From NCBI GenBank assembly GCA_023435305.1, contig JAEYRV010000040.1:1122-65121 (forward strand): a DNA stretch of 64,000 nt, read 5' to 3'. Made by a program: the position numbers and the translations under genes. Source of the stretch: Bacillota bacterium (lineage in GTDB: Bacteria; Bacillota; Clostridia; Acetivibrionales; DTU013). Below are positions 30,016-39,478 of the stretch, piece after piece (the first letter of the stretch is position 1; the number at the start of each line of letters is the position of its first letter). Under the pieces are notes generated by a model. It was not told the DNA's origin. It searched no databases and saw nothing but the letters and a program-made list of their open reading frames with translations.

Positions 30016-31801
30016 ATGCCTCACCTCCTATTGTAAAAGAATCTTTTTTATCGAAATCTCCGTATTGATTTATGAATACACTGTAATAATAGCCCTTCTG
30101 CGCGAGCAGTTCATTGTGTGTGCCTCTTTCAACGATCCTTCCCTGATCCAGTACAAGGATCAGGTCGGCATTTCTTACCGCTGATATCCTGTGTGCAATA
30201 ATGAAGGTTGTCCTGCTCTTGCAGAATTCGCTGAGAGATCTGTGAATAACATGCTCTGTTTCAATATCAACACTTGAAGTAGTGTCATCCAGTATGATCA
30301 CAGAAGGGTCCTTGACCAGGGCACGGGCCAGCGCTATCCTCTGCTTCTGTCCTCCGGAAAGGCCCACTCCTCTTTCTCCGATGACCGTGTCATATCCTTC
30401 AGGAAAATCCGCAATAAATTCATTGGCCTCTGCCATTCCGGCAGCCCATTTTACCCTTTCGGCAGATGCCTCTGTCACGCCGTAAGCAATATTGCCCTCT
30501 ATGGTATCGGAGAACAGAAACACATCCTGCATAGCCACTGCGACGCTCTCCCTCAGGGCCTTCAGCCGGTGATCCTTTACATCTCTGCCATCCACCAGTA
30601 TCTTTCCTCTTCTGCAGTCATAGAACCTGGAAATGAGGCTCACAAGAGACGACTTTCCGGAGCCTGTCGGTCCTACGACGGCCACTGTCTGTCCCGGATA
30701 TGCTTCAAAGCTTATGTCCTCAAGCACCAGTTCCTTTCCGTATCCGAAGTCCACGTTCCTGAATTCCACATGTCCCTTCAGCTTGCCGCTGACGGCCGCC
30801 GCATCACTGTCCTTTATCTTTGGTTCTCTCCCAAGCAAAAGCATTATTTTCTCAGCAGATGCCGCAAATCTCTGAGCATCATTTATAAGCCAGCCGACCA
30901 TTCTCATCGGATTGTTCAGCGCCCATATGAAGCTGTTGAAGGTAACAAGCTCTCCTATGGTTATGTCTTTTGTTATTACCATGATCCCGCCGACAAGGAT
31001 AATGACCACCGAGAGGAGTCCCGCAAGAGAATCCAGTACGGGAAGATATTTCTCCCATATCCTGGCCGCTTCGATATTGCTGTCTCTGAAGCCGGCATTC
31101 TCCCGTGAGAACTTATATATCTCATACTCTTCCTTTGCAAAGGCTTTTATGACCCTGTTGCCGCTGATGCTTTCCTGCACTGTGGAATTGAGCCTCGAGA
31201 ATTGCTCCCGTATCGCTGAAAATGCCGGTTTGACCCTGGCTGAGAGCTTTATTGCAAAGTATCCCGTAAAAGGCGTTACTGCCAGTAAAATAAGGGTGAA
31301 CAAAGGGTTTATCGTAAAAAGGATTATGATAACGAACAGCAGCGTTATCCCATGCATAAAGAACTGATATATGACATATGCGGAAAAATGCCTGACCGCC
31401 TCCAGGTCACCCGTCAGCCTGGCCATTATGTCGCCTGTCTTTGTACTGTCAAAGAATTCGAAATCAAGCTCCTGGACCCTTTTGAAGATCGACTTTCTGG
31501 CATTGAACACCACATCCTGGGAAACATGTTCAAACATCATAAGATATATATATCTTATGACTGACTTGATCACAGTTATTGATATCATTATAACAGCCAG
31601 CCTAAGAAGCAAATCAGTCTGGCCTCCTATTATGACCTTATCTACGATTTGTCCCTGTATCAGTGGGTTGGCCATGTTCATCACATTGACGATCACTACG
31701 AGCACCATCGCCGAACAGAACATATACTTGTACTTTTTAATAAAACCCCAGATCCATTTTAACTCCGCCACATTAATCAACGTCCTTAACATTAGTATCA
31801 A
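30002..31801 (-). CDS. ABC exporter, fused permease/ATPase (first half of a heterodimeric pair)
   Basis: 6-TM domain followed by GPTGSGKSS, LSGGQKQR and VIILDDTTS. It overlaps the downstream partner. Confidence 0.9.
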   Translation of the reverse strand: MILMLRTLINVAELKWIWGFIKKYKYMFCSAMVLVVIVNVMNMANPLIQGQIVDKVIIGGQTDLLLRLAVIMISITVIKSVIRYIYLMMFEHVSQDVVFNARKSIFKRVQELDFEFFDSTKTGDIMARLTGDLEAVRHFSAYVIYQFFMHGITLLFVIIILFTINPLFTLILLAVTPFTGYFAIKLSARVKPAFSAIREQFSRLNSTVQESISGNRVIKAFAKEEYEIYKFSRENAGFRDSNIEAARIWEKYLPVLDSLAGLLSVVIILVGGIMVITKDITIGELVTFNSFIWALNNPMRMVGWLINDAQRFAASAEKIMLLLGREPKIKDSDAAAVSGKLKGHVEFRNVDFGYGKELVLEDISFEAYPGQTVAVVGPTGSGKSSLVSLISRFYDCRRGKILVDGRDVKDHRLKALRESVAVAMQDVFLFSDTIEGNIAYGVTEASAERVKWAAGMAEANEFIADFPEGYDTVIGERGVGLSGGQKQRIALARALVKDPSVIILDDTTSSVDIETEHVIHRSLSEFCKSRTTFIIAHRISAVRNADLILVLDQGRIVERGTHNELLAQKGYYYSVFINQYGDFDKKDSFTIGGEAYGKE

Positions 31802-31923
31802 AATCCTTAATCATTATCGGGCATTTGAAATCTATAAGAAATGTACAATTCTAATCTCCTGATGTATAATCTTATATTGACGATAATACATATTACATTG
31901 CTGCTTTAAATCTATTTTGAAAG

Positions 31924-32781
31924 TTGGAAAAGGAAATGTGCGAACTCGGCATAAAGGCAGAGAGCTTCAACCCCCATATATATTTTGCATTCAAACGGAG
32001 ATTTGCTGAGTCCCATGTAACCGATATACACTCGCATGATTTCGTGACCATGATCTATATCCTTTCAGGAGCCTGTACATATACCATCGGCAACGGCATC
32101 TACCACGTTAAAAAAGGTGACATGCTCATCTTCGGCCCCGATGTGTCCCATGGAAAAACGGTAGGACCGGGAGAGGAAATAATGGAGCTGCACATCGGCT
32201 TCGGAAATATCTGCGTGGATGGACTCCCCAGGAACCACCTTATCGCAGAGGGCACACCTCCGGTATTCAATCTGCAGGAATATGAGCAGGACTTTCTGAG
32301 CTGCTGCAGTGATATCTGTACTGCTCAGGAAAGCAATTCGCCGGGCTGTGAGCTGATGATAAAGGTACACACCATGAGGCTCATTATTCTTTTTCTGCAG
32401 GTGACCAGAGCAGGTACTCATCGCAGCAACCGTACACAGGTAGCCTTTGATTCTTCGGAGAAAGCCGTAATTGTCAATACGCTTATGAAATATCTCAATG
32501 AAAACTATATGCGGCAGATATCTCTCGAGACCATCTCAAAAAGCATTTATTTGAGCCCTGCCTATATTTCAAAGGTCTTCAGGGATGAGATAGGCGAGTC
32601 TCCCATCAACTACCTGATAAAGATCAGGCTTGCAAAAGCACGGGAACTGCTGCTGGAAGGCAGCCATTCCATCAAGTCGGTCGCACGGTCTGTAGGCTAT
32701 GAGGATGTATACTATTTCAGCAAATTATATAAAAAGTATAATAATATTTCTCCATCAAAGGTAAGAAAACAATCAATCTGA
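31924..32781 (+). CDS. AraC-family transcriptional regulator (cupin + HTH)
   Basis: The C-terminal part has LSPAYISKVFRDEIGESPINYL...GYEDVYYFSKLYKK. It is divergent from the ABC pair. The start is either the TTG at 31924 or the ATG at 31936. Confidence 0.85.
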   Translation: MEKEMCELGIKAESFNPHIYFAFKRRFAESHVTDIHSHDFVTMIYILSGACTYTIGNGIYHVKKGDMLIFGPDVSHGKTVGPGEEIMELHIGFGNICVDGLPRNHLIAEGTPPVFNLQEYEQDFLSCCSDICTAQESNSPGCELMIKVHTMRLIILFLQVTRAGTHRSNRTQVAFDSSEKAVIVNTLMKYLNENYMRQISLETISKSIYLSPAYISKVFRDEIGESPINYLIKIRLAKARELLLEGSHSIKSVARSVGYEDVYYFSKLYKKYNNISPSKVRKQSI

Positions 32782-32802
32782 CTGCAGCCTGGAAGGGCGT
32801 CC

Positions 32803-33339
32803 CTATTCATGAGCCCCGGCTGTCTTCCGGACCGGCTGTTTTGAATCGGCGAAGGAATCGGGGAACAGCTCCCTGACCTTTTTGGATTTATTGAGGTATA
32901 TATACCATCCGACACCGAAAGCTATTATGAATGCGAGACTGATAATAAATGCAACTATAATGCTGCTGTACATCGATGCATACTTTTCGGAATCGATACT
33001 AAACGGTATATCATTGATCTGGCTGATCGTATTGACTATGAGATATGGGATCATATATATGAATCTAAATATGAGGAATACCTTTGAGACTTTGAGGGCA
33101 TACTTTTTGAGCAGCTTCAGTACAATTGCCGAGTATACTGAGAACAACACATAAAATACTGCGATGGACATGAGAATTATACCCATGACCTTGTTTACCG
33201 GCAGCAGGTTGTATCCATACGACAGAGAAAGAATACCCAGCAGGGATTCCTCTGCCAGAAGCATGATAAAATATAGCAGCAGTAATCCGCTGACACCCTT
33301 CTCATCATCATATTCATAAGGCTTCTTAAAATCATCCAT
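32803..33339 (-). CDS. hypothetical polytopic membrane protein
   Basis: 4-5 TM segments. GGAG lies 7 nt before the ATG at 33339. Confidence 0.5.
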   Translation of the reverse strand: MDDFKKPYEYDDEKGVSGLLLLYFIMLLAEESLLGILSLSYGYNLLPVNKVMGIILMSIAVFYVLFSVYSAIVLKLLKKYALKVSKVFLIFRFIYMIPYLIVNTISQINDIPFSIDSEKYASMYSSIIVAFIISLAFIIAFGVGWYIYLNKSKKVRELFPDSFADSKQPVRKTAGAHE

Positions 33340-33449
33340 AATAAATCTCCATTCAAACAAATATAGCGCACTTCATACAAAGTACGCTTACATTATAACA
33401 GGAAATATCTGTAGGAACAAGTGTTCTGTTTAATTATAGTAATTTTATC

Positions 33450-33962
33450 CTATTCGGTTACGGTATATGCTGCCGTTATTTGCTCTCCGCCGCCAGAGAC
33501 CATTACTCCATATGTCCCTGGTTCTGTCTGGCTGCTCACGTTCCATTCAAGTTCGACCATGCCATTCTCTCCCGAACGTTTTACGGCAGTTGATGTAACC
33601 ATATTACCGGAGTTATTGTATACAGCAGTTATGGTGTACTGGGTATCCGGCCTCCCCTGGATGGAGATTCCGCCGGTCTCACCCTGCCTGACAGGCGTCC
33701 TGATACTCCGCAATTCAAGGCCGCTTCCACCTCCGCTGCCCTTCGGAACTGTAGCCCCAATCAGACTTGCATAGCTCTGCCCCGGGTAATCCTCCCTGCC
33801 TCTCTCATATTGCAGGCCCATTCCGCCAGGCTGAGGCTGATCTGTTAAACCGTTCCCATAGCCTTGTTCCATCGGCATATTGCCCTCAAACTCGGCTGCA
33901 CAGCCAGCCATGAGTAACACTAATATTAAAGAAACCATGAGCAGGAATGATAACTTTCTCAT
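33450..33962 (-). CDS. hypothetical lipoprotein
   Basis: Signal peptide with a lipobox (MRKLSFLLMVSLILVLLMAGC), a Gly/Pro-rich linker, and a beta-rich C-terminal domain. Confidence 0.6.
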   Translation of the reverse strand: MRKLSFLLMVSLILVLLMAGCAAEFEGNMPMEQGYGNGLTDQPQPGGMGLQYERGREDYPGQSYASLIGATVPKGSGGGSGLELRSIRTPVRQGETGGISIQGRPDTQYTITAVYNNSGNMVTSTAVKRSGENGMVELEWNVSSQTEPGTYGVMVSGGGEQITAAYTVTE

Positions 33963-34196
33963 ATAAACACCTCTCAATTGTTGGATAAGGTTATTCATAT
34001 GATGCCCATAAGTGCCTGGTTATCACTATTGTATAATTTGCCAATATATCAGCTTTTTTTCATTTTTTTGTCTGCTGATACATTTTGACTAGTCATCAAA
34101 ATGCCATCACGGAAAATAGTTCAGAATACAATGTATTTTTTTGAGAAAGCTAAACCTGGTATCCCTGAAATGATCAAGCTAAAGGAGTGGACTTTT

Positions 34197-34379
34197 TTGA
34201 ATCAGAAACGCGCAAAACAAATATCATCATCGCCAATTATGGCCAATGTCACCTACGAAGGCACACCTGTCTATATTGAAAGGGTAAATGATATAACAGG
34301 GACGGCCTACATACATTCCCTCGATATGCCCGGCATGCGCAAGGAGGTATTCATATCAGAGCTGACAGAAGAACAATAG
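34197..34379 (+). CDS. sspH: H-type small acid-soluble spore protein
   Basis: (M)NQKRAKQISSSPIMANVTYEGTPVYIERVNDITGTAYIHSLDMPGMRKEVFISELTEEQ fits the SspH pattern. The TTG at 34197 has AAGGAG 9 nt upstream. The track ORF (34101) is probably over-extended. Confidence 0.7.
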   Translation: MNQKRAKQISSSPIMANVTYEGTPVYIERVNDITGTAYIHSLDMPGMRKEVFISELTEEQ

Positions 34380-34475
34380 TCTCATCTGCCCGGAAACGAA
34401 GGAAATTTTTGAGCATTTGAAACATTATTTTCTAGCTTATGTTATAATATCCTTTGTACGAAAATCGCAAAGGAT

Positions 34476-35282
34476 GTGGGGTCATTGGAGATGGTAAAGC
34501 AGCCTGAAGAAGCAGTCGTCAGCATCAGAGGCCTGAAGAAGAGCTTCGGAGATAAGGAAGTCCTCAGGGGCATCGATCTGGAAATATTCAAGGGACAGAT
34601 CATCGGCTATATCGGGCCGAACGGAGCCGGTAAAAGCACGACAGTGAAGCTGATGCTCGGTATACTCGAAGAATTTGAAGGCGAAATAAGGATCTTTGGG
34701 GAAGATATCAGAAACGGGAGCGTCGAGTACAAACGAAGGATCGGGTATGTCCCGGAGTCAGCCGATGTCTACGACAGCCTCACTGCCAGTGAATACCTCA
34801 CATTTATAGGCCAGATATACGGCCTTGCTCATGATGTGGCAGATGTTAAGGCCTCAAAGCTGATGTCTCTTTTCGGTATCGAGGATGTGTACCAGTCAAG
34901 GATATCCTCCTTCTCCAAGGGCATGAAGCAAAAGCTTCTCATAATATCAAGCCTCCTGCACGATCCTGACATCCTCTTCTTTGACGAGCCGATGAGCGGC
35001 CTTGATGCAAACAGTGTCATGGTGTTCAAGGAGATCATGTCTTCGCTGGCAGCCCGGGGCAAAACGATATTCTACTCGTCCCACATCATGGATGTCGTCG
35101 AAAAAATCAGCAGCAGGATCATATTGATAAGCGGCGGACAAATAGTTGCCGACGGTACCTTTGACGAATTAAAGAAAAAAAGCAGCGAGGGCTCCCTGGA
35201 GGAGATATTCAACCAGCTCACCGGCTTCAACAGGCACAGGGAGATAGCCGATGAATTCATTTCTGTGGTAAAAGGGGTGTAG
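34476..35282 (+). CDS. ABC transporter ATP-binding protein
   Basis: GPNGAGKST, FSKGMKQK and ILFFDEPMSGLD are present. The start is ambiguous (GTG 34476, TTG 34485 or ATG 34491). Confidence 0.9.
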   Translation: MGSLEMVKQPEEAVVSIRGLKKSFGDKEVLRGIDLEIFKGQIIGYIGPNGAGKSTTVKLMLGILEEFEGEIRIFGEDIRNGSVEYKRRIGYVPESADVYDSLTASEYLTFIGQIYGLAHDVADVKASKLMSLFGIEDVYQSRISSFSKGMKQKLLIISSLLHDPDILFFDEPMSGLDANSVMVFKEIMSSLAARGKTIFYSSHIMDVVEKISSRIILISGGQIVADGTFDELKKKSSEGSLEEIFNQLTGFNRHREIADEFISVVKGV

Positions 35283-35285
35283 CTC

Positions 35286-36956
35286 TTGAAGGAAATCAGA
35301 CTTTTAAAGCTTTTGGACAGATTCAGCGGCATATTCAAACGCATGGGCATAGACTATGACATGCTCAGGCTGATACTTCAGCTTAAGCTTGTTATGGACA
35401 CCCGGAGGATACCAACTGTAATTGCCAATAATGCGAAAAGGAAAGAAGGAAAGAACAACTTCAAATCAAGCCTTTTTATCTATGCTTTTATGGGACTGTT
35501 TGCAGCGCTGCTGATAGTGAACCCCTTCCCCCTGTTTTATAAAATGAACATTTCGATAGGAATGATAATTTTTCTTCTGATGTCTACAATGATTTCTGAT
35601 TTTTCTTCGGTGTTGCTGGATGTCAGAGAAAAAAACATACTGCTGCCAAGGCCGATCACGCCAAAAACCCTTAACACAGCCAAGGTCATACACATCATAT
35701 ATTACCTTTTCTACATCACCATTGCCCTGGCAGGACCATCGCTGGTGATTGGTTCCATCAGGTACGGGCCGGTTTTCTTCATAATATTTTTTATAGAGCT
35801 CATCCTTATCTGCGCTTTTGTTGTGTTTTTCACATCCATACTCTATACATTGATATTAAGGTTCTTTGATGGGGAAAAGCTGAAGGATCTCATCAATTAC
35901 TTTCAGATAATACTCTCTGTGGTGATGCTTATATCCTACCAGCTTATAGGACGCATATTTGATATTTCCAATGCGGTGATCACTACATCGTCGCCGGCAT
36001 GGTGGCATTATCTGATGCCTACAGCCTGGTTCGCGGCTCCTTTCTGCCTGTTACTTGAGCATGATCGATCCCTATATAATATATTTCTTAGCATCGCAGC
36101 ATTAGTCGTGCCGCTGATATCGCTGGTATTGTATATCAAAGCAGTCGTGCCCCATTTTGAGAAAAACCTGCAGAAGCTCAATACTCAAAACAGCAGAAAC
36201 AAGGAGTCAGGAGGAATCAAAGCAGCTGTCAATGAAAAAATCGCCGAGCTGCTGTGTCCCACAGACCACGAGAGGCTGTTCTTCAAATTCACGCAGGATC
36301 TGGCAGGAAATGAGAGGAAGCTCAAGCTGCGTCTGTACCCTTCTTTGGCCTTCGCAGTTTTCATGCCGTTTGTGTTCATGCTCAACTTACTGGGCAGCGG
36401 AAAAACAATGGCCGAAATTTACAACAGCATATCAAACGGCGCATATTACCTGGGGCTCTATTTTACGGGCATCATGCTCGGAAGCGCTGTACTGATGCTG
36501 AAAAACAGCGAAAACTACAAGGGTGCCTGGATATACAGGGCATTACCTCTTGAATCTCCTGCACCTGTTTTCAAGGGAGCCTTCAAGGGTTTCCTGATCA
36601 AGTTCATCATACCTGTATACCTGTTTACATCTGTAATTTTCGTTATTCTGTGTGGTTTCAGGATTATACCCGATGTTTTGCTGATATTCTTCAATATGAT
36701 GATATTGATATTGCTGATTTTCAAATTCTCAAAAAAGGAACTGCCATTCTATAAAGACTTCCAGTACACTCAGGATGGAAATACAACAGGGCTCATCATG
36801 CTGTGCTTTTTCATAGCAGGACTGCTGGGCGGGGTACATTTCCTCGTCGATCAGGTTCCTTTCGGGGTCACGATAAATATGGCTGTATCGATCCTCGTTG
36901 TAGTGATCTTATGGAAGAGCAGCTTTAAGCTCACCTGGAAGGATGTATCCTATTAA
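35286..36956 (+). CDS. large polytopic membrane protein, presumed permease partner of the preceding ATPase
   Basis: 556 aa with about 12 predicted TM stretches. It starts 3 nt after the ATPase stop. It may belong to the 'putative ABC exporter' family, but I could not verify that. Confidence 0.6.
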   Translation: MKEIRLLKLLDRFSGIFKRMGIDYDMLRLILQLKLVMDTRRIPTVIANNAKRKEGKNNFKSSLFIYAFMGLFAALLIVNPFPLFYKMNISIGMIIFLLMSTMISDFSSVLLDVREKNILLPRPITPKTLNTAKVIHIIYYLFYITIALAGPSLVIGSIRYGPVFFIIFFIELILICAFVVFFTSILYTLILRFFDGEKLKDLINYFQIILSVVMLISYQLIGRIFDISNAVITTSSPAWWHYLMPTAWFAAPFCLLLEHDRSLYNIFLSIAALVVPLISLVLYIKAVVPHFEKNLQKLNTQNSRNKESGGIKAAVNEKIAELLCPTDHERLFFKFTQDLAGNERKLKLRLYPSLAFAVFMPFVFMLNLLGSGKTMAEIYNSISNGAYYLGLYFTGIMLGSAVLMLKNSENYKGAWIYRALPLESPAPVFKGAFKGFLIKFIIPVYLFTSVIFVILCGFRIIPDVLLIFFNMMILILLIFKFSKKELPFYKDFQYTQDGNTTGLIMLCFFIAGLLGGVHFLVDQVPFGVTINMAVSILVVVILWKSSFKLTWKDVSY

Positions 36957-37294
36957 CGTACATCCTTAAGAACAATATACCTGCTCAGAAAATCAGCCAC
37001 ACGTGTAACATACGTTTTATAGTCGACTTCGCTTGCAAGACCATGCCCGGCATCAGGTATGATCAGCAGCTCTTTTTCGCCTGCAGCTGCATCATAAAGC
37101 TGCTTCACCATTTCGTGGGGCACAAACATGTCGCCTCCCCCATGTATAAATAAGATTGGCAATCCGGTTTTTTTCACCTGCTCCAACGCAGATGCTTCTT
37201 TGAAAAAGGACCCGGCTATGAGTTTGGTCAAAAGGCTAGTTGAGTAAAGAAACGGGAATGCGGGCAGATGGTACAGTCGTATAATTATAACACT
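36953..37294 (-). pseudogene. C-terminal remnant of an alpha/beta hydrolase gene
   Basis: The open frame reads ...YHLPAFPFLYSTSLLTKLIAGSFFKEASALEQVKKTGLPILFIHGGGDMFVP...DAGHG. That is the catalytic Asp/His end of the fold. The nucleophile-elbow (GxSxG) half is absent, and an in-frame TGA lies at 37295-37297. Confidence 0.6.
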
Positions 37295-37447
37295 TCAGCT
37301 CAAACTCCCACAATTCAACTATCCCCTGAAACCGCATATGTATTGTCAGCCAGTATAAAGGCAATACTCTGTATATGGTTTCCAGCTGCACATATATGCA
37401 TGGACATGCGAATATTATTGTATTGACCGATCATTGTGGAGGTAAAC

Positions 37448-37621
37448 ATGAGCTTATATGAATTCAAATACAAATACACCCTTATTGGAAGATTTGTCAA
37501 GAAACTAAATGCCGAGGATATCCCCGGCAATATAAGGCCAATCATGCTAAGGCTATATGCAAGCTCTCTGAAGATCCATCTCACGGACAAAATGGCACAG
37601 GACCTGCTTCTATCTGCTTAA
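37448..37621 (+). CDS. possible orphan small ORF (57 aa)
   Basis: GGAGG lies 5 nt before the ATG. The product (MSLYEFKYKYTLIGRFVKKLNAEDIPGNIRPIMLRLYASSLKIHLTDKMAQDLLLSA) has no recognised family and sits in the region left by the truncated hydrolase. Confidence 0.3.
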   Translation: MSLYEFKYKYTLIGRFVKKLNAEDIPGNIRPIMLRLYASSLKIHLTDKMAQDLLLSA

Positions 37622-37998
37622 TCCTTATTCGTTTCCCCGCTCCTGCTGTTTGACTGGACCACGCCGCGGATCATCAGTCCTATGCCAACAGCCGTACATC
37701 CAAACATAAGTAATGTAATATACAGGCTTGTGGGCTTGAAATAGATTTCCAGTCCCATCAGCAATCCAAGCAGTATCGTGGCCAGACCAAAGCCTATCAG
37801 TATCCAGCCCCATATCTGTTTTTTCATTGCGAATAAGAGTATTATACCGATCAGGACAGGGATCAGCAGTATTCCGAAAGGAGGATTATACCCGCCTGTC
37901 AATCTGCCCAGATTAAAGCCCGTTCTGACAACGGTGTTTTGCGTTATGAGAAAGACACCCAATACAAAAAAGGCTATTCCCGCAAGCAGATTCTTCAT
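37618..37998 (-). CDS. small membrane protein (4 TM)
   Basis: GGAGG SD precedes the ATG at 37998. It lies downstream of the hydrolase gene in the same orientation. Confidence 0.55.
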   Translation of the reverse strand: MKNLLAGIAFFVLGVFLITQNTVVRTGFNLGRLTGGYNPPFGILLIPVLIGIILLFAMKKQIWGWILIGFGLATILLGLLMGLEIYFKPTSLYITLLMFGCTAVGIGLMIRGVVQSNSRSGETNKD

Positions 37999-38055
37999 GA
38001 TCCCCCTACCTCCATTCAACGATTTGCGCAAATATATGCGCACTGTTAAATATTA

Positions 38056-38874
38056 TCAAAATTCACTCACTCTTTCAAGCCATTCCATGACAAGGGCATT
38101 CATCAGCTCATCCTGCTCGATCTGAAGATTATGTCCTGCCTTGTCCAGTACGGCAAATGTTGCTCTTGGGTAGTTGTCAAGAATATTCCATGCATCCTTG
38201 TATCCCACGCAGGAATCCTGGCGCCCCATCAGAAAAAGCGTTGGCTTGCTGAACTTTTCCGGAAGTCTGTCACAATCAAATGAGAATACATAATCACTGT
38301 TAAGGATGCTGTTCAGAAAAAATTTGTTCCCTAATGCTATACCGGAAAGGATCTCGTCCCTGTATCTCTCCCATACCCTTCTGCTCTGCACGACATGCAT
38401 TGAGGAAAACCCATCCGCCACATCTGGATCGAGTTCCTGCAGCAGCGTTTCATCCCTGCTCAGCACAACATGTTCCGGTACATTGCGGTCAGCATTATTC
38501 GTGACGATTGCCGGACACAGCAGAAAAAGTCCGTCGATCCTTTCGGCCATTTTGTATACCAGGCCTCTGGCCAGTAAACCCCCATATGATTCACCGGCAA
38601 GTATGAAATTCTCATTTGGTATGACTTTATCGATGAACCCGGTGATGATGTCCAGCATATGGTCCGAATTCCTTATCCAGTCCCCACACTCTGACCTGCC
38701 CATGCCAGGCAGATCCATGTATATTCTTTTGTAACCGTCCTTTTCATTGAATATTGGTTCCATGCAGCCGGACATCAGCCTGTGGTCGACACTATAGCCA
38801 TGGAGCAGTAAAATTGGCTTCCCATCACCTTTTACCTCATAGTTGATCGACAACCCTCTAATTATACATTCCAT
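38056..38874 (-). CDS. alpha/beta hydrolase
   Basis: 272 aa with LLHGYSVDHR, the nucleophile elbow GESYGG, and a C-terminal GH. Confidence 0.8.
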   Translation of the reverse strand: MECIIRGLSINYEVKGDGKPILLLHGYSVDHRLMSGCMEPIFNEKDGYKRIYMDLPGMGRSECGDWIRNSDHMLDIITGFIDKVIPNENFILAGESYGGLLARGLVYKMAERIDGLFLLCPAIVTNNADRNVPEHVVLSRDETLLQELDPDVADGFSSMHVVQSRRVWERYRDEILSGIALGNKFFLNSILNSDYVFSFDCDRLPEKFSKPTLFLMGRQDSCVGYKDAWNILDNYPRATFAVLDKAGHNLQIEQDELMNALVMEWLERVSEF

Positions 38875-38897
38875 ACATAATTCCTCCCTTATATATT

Positions 38898-38915
38898 TAG
38901 TTTGACATCAAACTA
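38898..38915. promoter_or_regulatory. operator-like palindrome upstream of the hydrolase gene
   Basis: TAGTTTGAcATCAAACTA is a near-perfect copy of the palindrome at 39362-39381. Confidence 0.55.
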
Positions 38916-38929
38916 TCATGACAAAAAAC

Positions 38930-39352
38930 TCACAGGTTTCTGTAGATCTTCTCTAAGATCCTTAACAGCTCATCCCTATCGCTGTCTGGAATGTCCTTAT
39001 ACAAAGTCTCTATTATGTCATCCGAGATTTTATCAAAAACCGGCTTGAGCGAAATACCCTTTTGGGTCAGCGTCACATATACGATCCTTGTGTCCTCGGT
39101 GCCTCTTTCCTTCCGGACATATCCCAGACCCTCAAGCTTCTTAACAAGCGCTGTGACTGTGGATTTGTCCCTGTCGATTTTCCCGGCTATCTCCGCCATG
39201 GTCATCCTTTGCCTGCTAAAGAGTGCATAAAGGATATCCCCATGGGATGTCACAATGCCATCCATGCCCTGCCTGGACATCTCCAGCTCGATATGCCTGT
39301 TTACCTTCGCCCTGATTTTTGAGATCAGTGATATTATATCTGTAGTCGTCAT
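38930..39352 (-). CDS. MarR-family transcriptional regulator
   Basis: The winged-HTH core reads MTMAEIAGKIDRDKSTVTALVKKLEGLGYVRKER. I use the ATG at 39352 because the longer ORF would run through the operator palindrome. Confidence 0.85.
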   Translation of the reverse strand: MTTTDIISLISKIRAKVNRHIELEMSRQGMDGIVTSHGDILYALFSRQRMTMAEIAGKIDRDKSTVTALVKKLEGLGYVRKERGTEDTRIVYVTLTQKGISLKPVFDKISDDIIETLYKDIPDSDRDELLRILEKIYRNL

Positions 39353-39361
39353 ACAATTATT

Positions 39362-39381
39362 ATAGTTTGATATCAAACTAT
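39362..39381. promoter_or_regulatory. perfect 20-bp palindrome, likely a MarR operator
   Basis: ATAGTTTGATATCAAACTAT lies 10 nt upstream of the marR start, in the divergent region shared with the SLH gene. Confidence 0.6.
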
Positions 39382-39478
39382 TGTCAATCCCCTTTCCCAA
39401 TAACATTTTCAGGAACACTTCTCTCAGGACACTCGTCAAATGTGTATAAAATAATCATAAACTAACGAGGTGAATTAT

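Noticed and set aside
34110-34196. A possible sigma-G/sigma-F forespore promoter upstream of sspH.
   Set aside because: A GAATA element is present, but no CATnnTA-type -10 lies at the right spacing. It cannot be called by eye.
37315-37590. A 91-aa minus-strand ORF in the orphan region.
   Set aside because: It has no SD, an odd composition, and overlaps the better-initiated plus-strand small ORF. It does not continue the hydrolase remnant frame.
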